Position numbers and translations under genes: made by a program. The notes below the pieces were generated by a model. The model did not search any database, was not told the DNA's origin, and was given only the letters and a program-made list of their open reading frames with translations. This document shows positions 14,600 to 30,699 of a stretch of DNA of 64,000 bases, piece after piece. Source of the DNA: the human T2T-CHM13v2.0 reference genome, Homo sapiens; assembly GCF_009914755.1 (NCBI RefSeq), contig NC_060928.1; one strand, written 5' to 3'. The stretch's first letter is position 1; the number at the start of each line of letters is the position of its first letter.

Positions 14600-14752
14600 T
14601 ATGCAAAGTGTAGTCCCTGAACCAGCGGCCTCAGCATCCTGAGGGAATTTGTTAAAACGCCAAATCTCAGGCCTTACCCAGACTTACTGAATCAATATCT
14701 GCATCGCAACAAGATCCCCTGGTAATTCCTATGCACATAAAATTTGGAAGGC
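14600..14752 (+). mobile_element. MER5-family (hAT-Charlie) relic
   Basis: caaagtgtagtccc..accagc..cagcatc...tactgaatca...aacaagatcccc.ggtaattc..atgcacataaa. Confidence 0.7.
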
Positions 14753-15062
14753 ACAACTCTCAACTGATGTCCTTGGACCTCCTTCACATCCATCCTGGGA
14801 AGGTCTTATTCCTCATTCCTGAGATGAGTTCTCTATTTCCTCAATCTGGGTGTTCCTTTTTCTTGATTATATACCCTCATGTTGTGGAACATATCCGCCA
14901 ATAGTTCCTTGAGAGAGGTTGCTGCCAGGTCTTTTTTCCCACAGAGTGTGCATGTCTGGAAATGTTTTTATTCTGGCTGAGCACAGTTCTAGGTTGAAAA
15001 TAACTTTCACTCGGAATATTGGAGGGCTTGCTCCGCAATATTTTAGCTTCCAGAATTGTTAA

Positions 15063-15509
<447 letters not shown>

Positions 15510-16318
15510 TATTCCCAGTGTTCTAAAACACTATTGAGTGTCTTGGTTATGGGTCTTTTCTCATTCCTATCGACCAGTTTTTCAATCCTGAAACACATGT
15601 TCTTCAGTTATGGGAATTCTTCTGGTATTATTTATTTGATCATTTCTTCCCCCCCACCCCCCATCGTATCTCTTCTTTTTTGAAATTTGTTATTTAGATC
15701 GTGGACCTTCTTGGCTGATGTTTTTTCTTACCTGTCTGTCCTATTTTCTGTGTCTTCATATTTTTATTCTACTTTCTCTGTGACTTTCTCAACTTAATTG
15801 GACAATTACTTAATTTCTTTATTATACTTAATAAAGATTAATTACTTAATTTCTGTATTATACCTTTATTTCTCAGTGCTCTTTTTATTCTCTGTTCTTT
15901 TATAGCATTACATTATTTTTCATGAATATAGCTCCTTTTATCTCTGAAGATGTCAATTATAGCGTTTTTAAAAATGCTTTCTACGTAACTCTGCCTTGAC
16001 TTTGATTCTTTTGAGTCTTTTTTGGTTGTTTGTTTGTTTACATTTGGTTCCTGTTGTTTCTGCTAGAGGCATTCTTCATCTTGTGTGGTGATCCTTGCTG
16101 TCAATTTATATGTAAAAATGAGGCTCTAAAAAGGTGCTTTGGGGACATAGGCAAGGCTTGTTTACTGCTGGACAAGGTGTAAGATGATGGGGAAAGAACC
16201 AGCTGTTTATTTTCTTCTAGAGAGTAATCTTCTAATTACTCACTTTGAGAATATACAGACTTCTTGGAGCCCAATGCAGGAAGGAGGCTGGGAGTCTTAA
16301 TAATTTCATTATATGCAC

Positions 16319-16790
16319 TGTATTAGTCGGGGTTCTCCAGAGAAACAGAACAAATAGGTATCTATTTATCTATATCTATACCTACATCTGTATCTAGCTA
16401 TCTATTAGCTCACGTGATTATAGGGGTTGAGAAGCTGCATAATCTGCTGTCTGCAAGCTGAAGATCCAGAAAGCCCATATTGTAGTTTGAAGCCCTGATA
16501 ACTGGGGAGCCAATGGTGTAGATTCCAGTTCGAGTTTGAAGTCTTGCAAACCAGGATCACCAAGGGCAGGAAAAGATCAAAGATTCAGTTCAAGAATCTA
16601 GCAGAGAGAGAGTGAATCCTCCCTTCCTCTACCTTTTTGTTTTATTCAGACCCGAATGGATAAGATGATGCCCACCCACATTGGTGAGGATAATCTCTTT
16701 TACTTAGTGCCCCCGCAGACACTCAGTAATACCGATTAACCAGGTATCTGGGCATCCTGTGGTCCAGTCAAGTTGACACATAAAATTAAC
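16319..16790. mobile_element. MLT2-type (ERVL) solo LTR
   Basis: tgtattagtc.gggttctccagagaaacagaac ... caagttgacacataaaattaac. Confidence 0.8.
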
Positions 16791-16795
16791 TCTCC

Positions 16796-17143
<348 letters not shown>

Positions 17144-17448
17144 TTACCTTCAGCTGTGTCTGGTGTCCCTGAATCCATATTCTGGTTCCATATCTCCCAA
17201 AAGAAACAATCTTCAGGTTGGGAATGGAGGTTAGAGAATGTTTCCCTGACTTTGCCAGGGGAGGAAATCTAGGAGTCTTAACTGCTTCTGGGACTTTTAA
17301 TGGTCTCTTTTCAGCTCAACCCACTGAAGAGGTATGGTACTTCCAATTCCTGAGCCATTGTGAGGTTCTGCAGTGTCAGTGAGCTTGCTTCCAGGCATCA
17401 TCTCTGAAAACACTTGGGTTTTCTCTGGGAAGTCCATATGTTCACCAG

Positions 17449-18184
<736 letters not shown>

Positions 18185-18719
18185 ATCAACTGATTTCTAA
18201 AGTTTTGTGGCATTTTTCAGTTGTCTCTTCTCCAGTTTTCTTTGTTTTTATGAGTATATGGTCCATCTGTCCCCCTTTTTAACCTTCTTTATCTTTGTTT
18301 TAGTGAGGCTTCTTAAGGAGTGGAGGAAAGTCGATGTTTTCAAGGTATGTTAAGTATGTTAACTGGAGGATTTATTGTTGCTATTTTTCAGTTGAATAAC
18401 ATCAGGTTGGCAGTTGTAACCTGTAAAACTGCACTTATTATATGCAATTTCAAGTTCAGAACTAAAACTTTGCTCTGAATAATAATTTGTAACCATCTTT
18501 TATAGAATGAAATTTCTATTTTAATTCAAACATTTGACATTTAATATATTTTATCCTGTTCATATGTTTACTCCACAGTGATTTTGAAGGAATGGGTAGA
18601 GTTGACCAAATTTGGTATACTTCTTCAGGTTATCAGTGTCTGTCATTTTGAAACAAAGTTATTATTAATAAATGTTTTATATCTAGTACTTACTATGCAA
18701 TACTATTCTTTTCTAATAT

Positions 18720-19595
18720 TTATTTTTAATTGACAGATAATTGTGTATATTTATAGAATACAATGTGATGTTTTGATATATATATACACACAGTGGAATG
18801 ATTATGTCAAGCTAATTTACATATTCATTACATCAAATACCTATTGTTTTTTGGAGTGAGAACATTTCAAATCTACTCTTCTAACAATGTTGTCATATGT
18901 AATACATTATTATTAACTATGTTCACTATGTGGTGCAATAGATCTCAAAAACTTATTCCTTCTGTCTAACTAAAACTTTGTACCCTTTGACAGTATCTCT
19001 GCAGTTCCCATTTCCAACCCCCAGCCTCTGGTAACCAGCATTCTACTCTCTACTTCTGTAAGTTCAACTTTTTTAGATTCCACATATAAGTGAGATTATG
19101 CAATATTTGTCTTTCTGTGACTGGCTTATTTCACTTAGCATAATGTCCTGTAGTTTCACCTACATTGTCAAAAATGACAGAATTTCGTTTGTTAAGGCTG
19201 AATAGTATTCCATTGTATATGTACCACATTATCCATTCATCTGTTGATGGACACTTATGTTGGCTATTGTGAATAATGCTGCAATCAATATGGATGCCTA
19301 GACATCTCTTTAACATGTTGATTGCAATTCCTTTGTGTATATACTCAGGAGTGCAATTGCTGGATCATATAGTAGTTCTAGTTTTAGTTTTTTGAGGAAC
19401 CTCCACACTGTCATAATGGCTGTGTTAATTACCACTCCCACCAACAGTGTACAAGAGTTTCCTTTTTCTTACATTCTCACCAACCCATGTTATCTTTGAT
19501 AATGTCTATTGCTATTGTAACAGGTGTCAGGTACTATCTCATTGTGGTTTTAATTTGTATTTCTCTGATAACTAGCAATGTTGAGCATTTTTGAA
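18720..19595 (-). mobile_element. L1MA/L1MB 3' fragment
   Basis: tttttagattccacatataagtgagat...ggcttatttcacttagcataatgtcc...gttgatggacactta...tttgaggaacctcca. Confidence 0.85.
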
Positions 19596-20473
19596 TAAAC
19601 CACAATAATACTAAGTGCTTTGCTGAGACTGATATAAGCCACATACCAGTCATGTGAGGTAATTCCTATTTGTACTCCCATTTTACAGATAAGGCAGCTA
19701 ACATTCAAAGAGGTTAAGTGAATTTTCCAAAGTCACACAGCAAGCTCTGGAGGTGGGATTCAAACCTGAATAGTCTATCCTTTCAGAGTACTTTCAACGC
19801 TATGCAATACTGTCTGTCTAGCAATCAGCCAGATTAAATAAAGTCTGTAGTTCACAGAGCCACTTGCATTTTTAATCCTAGTTTAATTAACTTAGGAAAT
19901 TTGTATCTAAAGGATGCATCTTTAAAAAAAAAGAGAGAGAGACAGGATCTCACTGTATTGCCCAGGTTGGCCTCAAACTCCTGGGCTCGAAGCCATCCTC
20001 CCATCTCAGCCTCCCAAAGTGCTGAGATTACAGGCATGAGCCACCACGTCCTGCCAGGATACATAGGTTTTACTGTATCCTCTGAACCTCCCTTTAATCA
20101 AGAGAGTGGACAAAACTGTGGGTCCCTCATTTTCAAAACGGCCAGTAAAAGAGGAAATAAGGAAATGCAATGTTTAACTATTCTGCTGCCCTCTTTAAGT
20201 TGATTGAGGACCTCTTTGTCACTACTTCAGGAAGATAACTTACCTTCTCTTATTCACTAGGGCTAACTGGAGCTTTTCTCATGTATTTATGGTTGCTGGG
20301 AAATTTTCAAATAAAATTCACTGGGAGTGGTTTGAAATTGCAGAATTTTTAGCCTCTCAATGTTTTGTTTTCCTCTAGTGAGTTTGACATAAATAATATC
20401 CTCTTTTGAGATTTGTATCTTTGAAAGACTTTTTTTTTAAGTTTCTCAGTGAAACAAAGAAAAAGTTAGAAGG

Positions 20474-20765
20474 TGGCTGGGTGCAGTGGTTCACGCCTGT
20501 AGTCCCAACACTTTGGGAGGCCGAGGCAAGTGGATTGCCTGAGCTTAGGAGTTCGAGACTAGCTTTGGCAACACGGCAACACCCTGTCTCTACTAAAAGC
20601 ACAGAAATTCTCTGGGCATGGTAGCACATGACTTTGGTCCCAGATACTCAGGAGGCCTAGGTGGGAGGATCGCTTGAGCCCAGGAGGCAAAGGTTGCAGT
20701 GAACCAAGATTGCGCCACTGCACTCCAGCCTGGGTGACAGAGTGAGACCCTGTCTCGAAAGAAAG
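20474..20765 (+). mobile_element. Alu element
   Basis: Alu consensus. Confidence 0.9.
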
Positions 20766-21468
20766 ACAGAAAAAACTAGAAGGATATCAGTTTTATTAGA
20801 AAAAATAATTTAAAAATTGCCAGTTTCCCTAGAATTAAGCCATAATATGTCCATAGCTTTGTATCAGATTGCTGACTTTGCCTGGGGAGAAAGTTATATT
20901 TGTTTGTATAGTTTTTTCCTTTTTTGTCAAATCTGGGGTGACACAATGGTCATCAATATACTTTTAGATCTATGTCTTCATTGGGGATGATGCTAGTGAG
21001 CTTACGTGGAAAAATTATCTGTATGAAAGCAGAATTGATTGGTCATTGCCAGCACCTTTGATTTTCCCTTAATAATTATAATATGATAACTTAAAATATG
21101 TGTTTTTATAGAAATCTGTGTCAAACAAGATATATAGAATGTGATTCTGTAGAATACTAATAAATGAGAATTCAGATGTGGGCTACCAGAACTATAGAGT
21201 GACAAGTAAAATCAGTGAAATGTAAGGATGGCACAGTTCGAGGTTCTCAAACCAAATAAAATGCTAAAAAAGAAAAGGATCCTAATCACAATACAGATTT
21301 AGAGAACACACAACAATAGTAGCTATGAAATGTATATTTTTCAGGTCTAAAAGTTACTGGATTTGCTATGTAGGTGGTAGTCCTTGGTGAAACATGGATT
21401 AATAAAAGACAGAAAATGGAAGCAAGAGTTCCTATGTATTCTTTAAGAGCGTCTGATTCTAGCATTCA

Positions 21469-21816
<348 letters not shown>

Positions 21817-23403
21817 TTACAAGTTTTTTCTTTTTTTTTCAATCTTTGTGCACTTTGAAGGCCATAGATGTCATAGCTAGCTTCTTAAGCATTTCTTTCT
21901 GCCTTTGTTATGAGAGCTGCTGAAAATTAAAGACAAGACAAGATGCCACTTAGGATCCCAGGACTTGAGAGTGTAGCCAGACATTCAGCATTAACGTGTA
22001 TTCAGGGCAGAATAACCACATAGAGCAGCACATGTGTAAGTAATTACAGGCTTATCCAATTGAATTTCTAAGGTTCTAAATGATGGAAGTCATTCACTCT
22101 GGCAGTCAGGATTGAGCTGAGTCCTGTGACTCACGCTGTTGGCCAACCCTGGAGGATAAATCAGCTTTGAGAAGGCCCAGAGCCCCCATAGCCTTATGAT
22201 TCTGATTCCCAAATAGGCTGTAAAATAGGACTTCTTTTAGGGGCTATTCATAGCAGGGGGACCTAATTTGGGAGATATGGGTGATTGTATTGCAGAAGAA
22301 ACAGATTTGGGAAGGATAAACTTTTTTTCTAATTTGCTGTATAAAAGTTAGCAGAAGCTTCAGGCAGAGCTGATCCTAGACAATTGTTATTGATGGGCTG
22401 CAAATGAGCTGTAGCATTAATCTTTGACACTGCACTCTTGGCCTTACCTTTGGCCACTTTGACTCTGGCAAATTATACAGCTAAATGGTGGTGAAACTGG
22501 TCTGCCCAATTATGCTTAATCCAGATCAGTTACTCTGGGACCATGTAACCCTTAATTAGCACTAGTTGGATGATCCAAACACATCTTTGAAAGGCCCCAG
22601 AGGTTCTCCAGTCTTCATATTTACAGTGGATGAAAATTCCAGCTGATTCGCCAATTCTTTTCCTACCACAATTTCTTAGAATCTAGCTCTGAGCACAAAC
22701 TGGCACATAATGGGTGCTCGGTAAATATTAATTGGCTTATCGACCTCTTTAATGAATAGCAGTCACCATCATTAAATAGTTACTTGCCCATCCTTTCATC
22801 CATTCAGTTATTTGTTCATTCAGAACATTTATTAAGTCCCAATTATGTGTCAGAACTATGTTAGGCACTGAAAAGACCAAGATGACACAGTTGCTATGTT
22901 CCAGGAGCTTATAGTGTACTGAGGAGTCCTATAAATGTACAGTCAGTATTCCTGCTAGTCACATAGAAGCAGTGTAAGAATTATGTAAGTCTTTATCACA
23001 CTCCAACCTTCCAGACACATTGCTCCAGAGTAGTCTCTTTAAAAGAATTGATCTAATCATTTTACTCTGTGACTATCACAGAGTTGATCAGAGCAAAAAT
23101 TCTGAACGACTAGTGTTACCACCAGGAAATAAGAAGTGACACAACAAAGGGCGATATGGTAGAGAGCAAGCTCAGGTAATATGAGGAGTTTGCGAGGTGA
23201 TGTTACAAGGGAACATCAAAAGCAGCAACTGAGATCAAGATTGTGGAAAATAGCCAAGGAAACAGGAGCTGGGAATGTAGGGAGCAGTTACTAGAAGGAT
23301 CCAACAGGATATTACTATTGAGTAATTGCCTTGTATAAGGTCATTCTCCTCACCTTCCAAGTTATGTGTTTAATTTCTGAATATAAAGTTATACTTAATT
23401 TTA

Positions 23404-23556
<153 letters not shown>

Positions 23557-25837
23557 CTATCTAAAAATAAAAAGAAAATTAATTATATTATGCCACCTAG
23601 ATGTAGCCTCAGACAATATTTGGTATATTCAGTATTTTTCTACATGTATCTTATTATAGTTTGTTAAATGAAATAATGCTGCACATAAAATTTGGTAATA
23701 GGCCTTAAAAAGTAAGCTTAATAACAAATAAACATTGTAAAAATGCTTCATCAATATTTTAATGGCTACATAAATATGCCATTGGACAAATGTTTGATAA
23801 AGTAACTGTTCTCGTAGTTATAAGTTTTTACTGTGTGTCATAACTTTTTATTGCTATGTATAACCCTGTGGTCAACATTTTTGTACATAAGGTTTTAAAA
23901 AATATTTTGGAATATTACCTTAGTTTAAATTCTTAGAGGAACTGCTGGCTTCACAGACAGGAGTAAACTTAGTGTCATAATCCATATTCCCAAATTGCTT
24001 TGTAAACAAGGCAGTCTGAAATTGAACAAAACAATGTACCACATTGTGACTACAGTTAAGAATATTGTATTGCATATTTAAAATTTGCTAGGAGGGCAGA
24101 TCTTACATGTTCTAACCACATACACACACAAAGGTACTGTGTGAGGTGATGCTATGTTAATTAGCTTGATTATGGTGTTAATTTCACAAAAATATATGTA
24201 TATTAAAACATCAAGTTGTACACCTTAACTATATAGAATTTTTATTTGTCAATTATATCTCAATAAGGTGGGGGTGGGGAAGGAGAGTAAAATAAAAACG
24301 TTTTAAAATAAATAAATAAACAGAGACAAAATAAAAAGAGCATATGTTATTTTCCCATTGGCATGAGTTAAGGGCACTGCTGCTTGGGAATAACCTACAC
24401 ATGGTAGGATAAAAAAGTCAGGGCTTATCTGATTTATCTCCATTCTACTTGTCTTCAGCCCCTTCAGAGTTATAACCTGAAGGTCAGGTTTTACAAAATG
24501 CATTGGACGAAAGATTGGCAAACCCAGGTTCTAGTCCCATCCTTGCATTTGTCTGCTCAGAAATCTTGAGCAATCACTCAATTGTTCTGAAACAGTTTCT
24601 CAAACTGTAAAATAAAGATGTTGGAAAAGAAGAAAAGAAAATGGAATGAAAATGTGTTTTTATCAGTTAGAAGCAGTATTGGAGAGTGCTCTTTTCAAAA
24701 TAGCATTGTCATGAAACGCAATCTTTGCTAATTGTTTTGTTTAGTATTTCTTTTGAGGTTAAACAGTGAGATGGCTATTTTGTGCTCAGCTTTCCTTAGC
24801 ATGAATTTGTGGTAGGTAGGAGGCGATTGTCTAGCCAGGGACTTTATTTCCCAGCCTACCTTGCATCCTGATGCGGCCACATGATGAACTGTTGCTGATG
24901 GCAAGTAAGTAGGAGAGATGCGTGTCACCTCCAGGCCAGGTTTTCTCAAGAAGCAAGGGTGACTTCACTTTCTCTCCCTCCTCTGCCAGCTAGATAAAGA
25001 GGGCTTTGAGGCTCTTGGGATAACAGAGCCAAAGTTAGAAGGAACCTGAGCCTCTACCACCACACACAGGCAGGCCACCTGACAATTCACAACAGCTGAA
25101 TTTGATTGGACTTCTTTATGAGCAAGAAATAAACTTTTATTATATTAACCCACTATAAATTAATGTTGGTATTCATTTATTATATTAATAATAGCTAGCG
25201 TTGTCCTTTTCAATATAAGAATCCACATAAGATTATCAGGTAAGGAAGGCAGCAAGCTGTCCTCTTTTAAATTTAACTGTAGAAGCCATATATATGTTGC
25301 AATGAACATTAATGATTTAATATATTAATTAAAAATTAAGAATAAAATACTTGCATAACACCAATCAGCACATTTTTATCCATCCATCTACCCGCCCGGC
25401 CATCATTTAGCAAATATTCATTGGGGGTCACTTATGTGGGAGGCATTGTGTTGGTCTCTATAAATTCCAAAATCATTTAGCCACTGTATACCACCCTACC
25501 TAGAATCAATGGTAGTCTGCTCCAAACAGATTTATCAGGAGCTTTTTTTTCTGGGAAGGAGGTAAGATTTCAAAATTATTCATGCACTTTTCTACCTGCT
25601 ACATGACGGTGAGAGAGAGGGTAGTAATTGTACATAAAGACAGTGTATGGGAAGGGGATTCCACGGGCAGCAACGAACCAGGACATTATCAGGGTGGTCC
25701 ATGGAATCTTTGAGCCAAGAGAGATAAGAAAATGTCATTAGAAAGTGAGTCAAGATTGAGAGATGTGTGGAAAATTAGGTGAGAAGTGAGTCTTTGCAGT
25801 TCTGCTGTAAATGTATGAGCAGGTCCTTGAATGCTTC

Positions 25838-26260
25838 TGCTATGGTTTGAATTTGTCTCCACAAAAACTCATGTTGAAATTTGAACCCCAGTGTGATGGC
25901 GTTGGGAGGTGCAGCCTTGGAGTGATTTGGGTTATGGAGGCGGATCCCTCATGAATGGCTTGGTGTTGTTCTTGCAGTAGTGAGTGAGTTCTCACTCTCT
26001 AAAGGCTGGATCAGTTCCCACGGGAATTTTCCCACCAAAGTGGGTTATTATAAAGTTAAGAGGCAGCCTTTGAGTTTGGCCTCTTCACACATTTTGTTCT
26101 TCCTTTGACCTTCTTCACCATGTTATGATGCAGCACCAGATGCCAGGGCTCTGCACTTGAACTTCCCAGCCTGCAGAACCATGAACTAAATTAACCTCTT
26201 TTCTTTATAAATTACCTGGTCTCAGGTATTCTGTTATACAAACGCAAACAGACCAAAATA
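25838..26260 (+). mobile_element. MST-type (MaLR) solo LTR
   Basis: tgctatggtttgaat...aaactcatgttgaaattt...ctttataaattacc..gtctcaggtattctgttata. Confidence 0.8.
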
Positions 26261-26765
26261 GCTCCTTGTCAGACAAGATAGAATTTGATGATTGCCCCTG
26301 GTTTTTAACAAGGAGCAATCATCAAATAAGGCAAAATTAGAACAGTATTTTTTTTCTGTTCTTACTTTCTGCTTTTGAGCTGTGTCTTAGATAAATAGAG
26401 GCCTGCCAGATAAATTATTTCTGGATAAATGAGAGACTGTTTTCTTATTTTACATTTGGGAAATTAGAGTCATGGAAATAGGTGGTTTTGCTTTTTTTAG
26501 GTACATCTGTTTTCCCACTGCTGACATAACTTCTAAATTTCAGATCTTTTTCTTTGGTAAACTACACCATGAAATTGATGAAAATGGCTTTATCAATAGT
26601 TTCAGATGCTGTCTGCAAAATAAAGAGGTAAACTCTGCTCCTTTGCTCTTTAGGCATTATTTTCTTTTGGAGGAAATACATGTTTGTCATAGGGCTGCTT
26701 ATTCCCAGGACTCTTAGAAGGAAAGCACATTGTCATGGCTACAGCTGCAGAACAGCTGCTTCTTT

Positions 26766-27106
26766 TTTATTTGTTTTTAGAGGAGGACAACACATTTAGT
26801 TTTATTTTTATCAAATCACAACACTTTCTTTTCCAACTGCTACAAAGTGCATCTACAATATTCTATTACAGATCCACTTTAAAAAGGTTTCCTGTGACAT
26901 TACAGCAAGCCTCTTTTTTCAAACAGGAATAATCCCAAATTCTTCCTCAAATAAAACTAAAAACTCCATTCCAGTAAATGGTAAATACATAAAAATTACA
27001 GTAAGCCAGACACTTAAAAGGACAGCCAAGAAGTCTTCCAACAGTTTATTAGAAAGAATGTAGACATTTAAACAAATCCCCACTGTCATGAACATAAATT
27101 GAGGTT
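26766..27106 (-). pseudogene. Detached distal 3'UTR and poly(A) remnant of the PTGES3 processed pseudogene
   Basis: T-rich tail at 26763-26778, AATAAA on minus ~20 nt before it, left TSD copy ACAGCTGCTTCTTT at 26752-26765 identical to 48046-48059; sequence resembles the PTGES3 mRNA 3' end as recalled. Confidence 0.75.
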
Positions 27107-27122
27107 ACACACATGTATGTTT

Positions 27123-27366
27123 GAGGTTGCAGTGAGCCGAGATTGCACCACTGCACTCCAGCCTGGGTGACAGAGTGAGACTCTGCCTTAAACAAAACAA
27201 AACAAAACACCCACAAAAAGCCAAAAAGGAAACAAAAACGCACCCCAAAGTGATGTTGGTATTACACAGATCTCAAAACCCAGAGAAGTTTGATAGCTCT
27301 TCAATCCCTAGTACATCACTGATGACTCATTGTCATTAGTTTGCAACTGATCTGAAATGCTCCCAG
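27123..27366 (+). repeat. Local ~240-bp duplicate of 28234-28467 (Alu 3' end plus unique flank)
   Basis: Both copies read gaggttgcagtgagccgag...ccccaaagtgatgttggtattacacagatct..aaacccagagaagtttgatag...ctcccag. Confidence 0.92.
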
Positions 27367-27381
27367 GAGTAAATAGTTTGA

Positions 27382-27738
<357 letters not shown>

Positions 27739-27946
27739 TAAAACACACTTTAAAGAATGCGAAATCAAAATAGTCCTTCAGGGCAAAACTTTAAGCAGAT
27801 ATTTAATTGGCCTGATATTTGAGTTTGTGTTCTGAGTCATTTTGGCCTTGAAGGGGGAGAGAAGAGAAATGTAATAGTAGAGGGCGCCTTTATCTTCTGT
27901 CTTTCCACCTACCCTACACACATACATGTATGTTTGTACATATCTA

Positions 27947-28453
<507 letters not shown>

Positions 28454-29272
28454 TCAAAGGCTCCCAGAGCTCTCTGGGATACTAGGAGAGAATGTCCTGA
28501 GATTTTTTTTTAGGGAGCTAGTCAAACCCCTGCTCGGAAACAGGGTTGGACAGTTTTGATAATGGCAGATCACAGGTCAAAGCTCCCAAATTTATATCTC
28601 CTGTCAAGATACTCTTGCTGCCATCGCTAGATTTGCATTTCTGTTACACGGTGACCAAATGTACTCTTAATTTTTTTCTGGTAACCAGAACTTGCTGGTG
28701 GGCATGTATCCTTGGTACGAGTCACTATCACCTCTGGTTATAGCAGTGGAGCAAAGTGGTAACGGGAAAATTCCTAGGTTTTTGGCCTGAGCAAAAGAGT
28801 GGATAGAGGTAAATGACAGGTGGGGAATGTGGGGAGAGAAGCAGGGAGAGTTCAGGCAAAAGAGCTACCATGTCAAGGCCTACAGGTAGGAGTATGGCAC
28901 TTTCAAGGTAATAAGTGAGCTCTGGAGAAATGCCTCACTCTAGGACGTAGTATGTGGGCAACTGAGGAGGTTCAAGAACAAAGTTCAAAAGAGGCCGCCA
29001 GAGATTCATCTAGAGAACCAAGCACTATGGGATTCCCACATCTAAAAATGTTGCCTTCATCCATCCATTCATTCAGTAAACATTTAGCAGTGTAGGACTA
29101 GCATGGTTTGAGGAGGGATGCCCTGGATTTGGAGACCTTAACATGTAACTAGAGAAAACATTGGCATCCTGGGCTGTGGTGGGAACTACCTCCCGACAGG
29201 TAACTCACTGCCAGAGTCAGCAAACTAACATCTGTCTTTTTTCTAACATTTGTATCATATGGAATCACAACT

Positions 29273-30072
29273 TTTTTTTTTTTTTTTTTTTTTTGGAGAC
29301 AGAGTCTTGCTCTGTCACTCAGGGTGGAGTGCAGTGATGCGATCTTAGCTCAGTGCAACCTCTGCCTCCCAGGTTCAAGTGATTCTCCTGCCTCAGCCTC
29401 CTGAGTAGCTGGGACTACAGGCGCCCACCATCATACCCGGCTAATTTTTGTATTTTTTGCAGAGATGGAGTTTCACCATGTTGGCCAGGCTGGTCTCAAA
29501 CTCCTGATTTAAGGTGATCCATCCGCCTCGACCTCCCAAAGTGCTAGGATCACAGGTGTGAGGGAATCACATTTTATACTCCCTTCAAAATACAAGTGTG
29601 TGAAGGAACCAGTGTTTTAATCCAAGCGTGTAAGAATGATTTCAAACAAATGGCGCCCTTTACAAATCAACAAGGAACTACATAAATTTAAAACTTTATT
29701 TTGTGGACAATTCCCATTTACTCTCTTTGTTTTTAGAAAATGGTTAGCCATGGCTGGGCGTGGTGGCTCACGCCTGTAATCCCAGCACTTTGGGAGGCCG
29801 AGATGGATGGATCACCTGAGGTCAGGAGTTGAAGACCACCCTGGCCAAGGTGGTGAAACTCCATCTCTACTAAAAATACAAAATTAGCCGGGCGAGGTGG
29901 TGCATGCCTGTAATTACAGCTACTCCGAGGCCAAGGCAGGAGAATCGCCTAGAACCTGGGAAGGCGGAGGTTGCAGTGAGTTGAGATTGTGCCACTGCAC
30001 TCCAGCCTGGGTGACAGAGAAAGACTCTGTCTCAAAACAAAAAAAAAAAAAACAAAAAAACAAAAACAAAAA
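29273..30072. mobile_element. Divergent Alu pair (minus ~29273-29561, plus ~29752-30072)
   Basis: Alu consensus; TSDs ggaatcaca and aaaa(t/c)ggttagcc. Confidence 0.92.
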
Positions 30073-30199
30073 ACGGTTAGCCTCTTTTATGTTTATTTCA
30101 TTCATGTTTATAAATTTACAACTTGGGCATAATACAGGCATTTGTTTTGTCTTTTCCCCACTTGCTCATATTACAAATGACACAGTATTCCTCCATTGT

Positions 30200-30395
30200 C
30201 CTTTGTGGCGGGTGCAGTTAGATGTCCCCGCGCTGGCATGAGCAGGCCAGGGTTCAAATGCTGCCTTTGTTGCATACCAACTGCAGCTCTGGCATGTAAG
30301 ATGGTAAAAAACAAACAAACAAAACCGCCACCTGCAGAGGACCGTTGTGAGGATTAATGAGGTAGTGTCAGTTTAAGTGCCCCATAACTGGTAGT
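30200..30395 (+). mobile_element. MIR relic
   Basis: gggttcaaat..tgcct... and gttgtgaggattaatgag motifs. Confidence 0.6.
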
Positions 30396-30574
30396 TGCTG
30401 TTTCTGAGTTTATCACGAAACCCCTTATCACGAAAAATTTGTCTCCTTAATCTTTTTTCTTCCTTTCCTGCTTCAATATATCATATGCCTCTGGCAAACC
30501 CATACTCCTGGCGGGCTAGGCGGTTGGATCTTGGCCCCTTCTCTAAGGCTTTTCTTGCAGGTTCCCCCTGCCTA

Positions 30575-30656
30575 TTTATGGGCGGTATAAAAGTTATTGC
30601 GGTTTTTGCCATTAAAAAAAAATCGCAAAACCGCAATTCCTTTTGCACCAACCTAA
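30575..30656. mobile_element. MADE1 (mariner-derived MITE)
   Basis: ~80-bp palindrome aaaagt.attgcggtttttgccatt...gcaaaaccgcaatt.cttttgcaccaacctaa flanked by TA. Confidence 0.88.
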
Positions 30657-30699
30657 TAGATGCTCCAGGCCGAGCTGGGAGGTGTTGGGGTGCACACAA

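Noticed and set aside
26779-27106. Independent retrocopy of another gene (an hnRNP 3'UTR was first considered)
   Set aside because: There is no local TSD at its 5' end; its flank matches the PTGES3 copy's TSD exactly and the orientation agrees.
27123-27366. Alu 3' transduction
   Set aside because: No poly(A) tail or TSD follows the copied flank; microhomology and filler point to DNA-level duplication.
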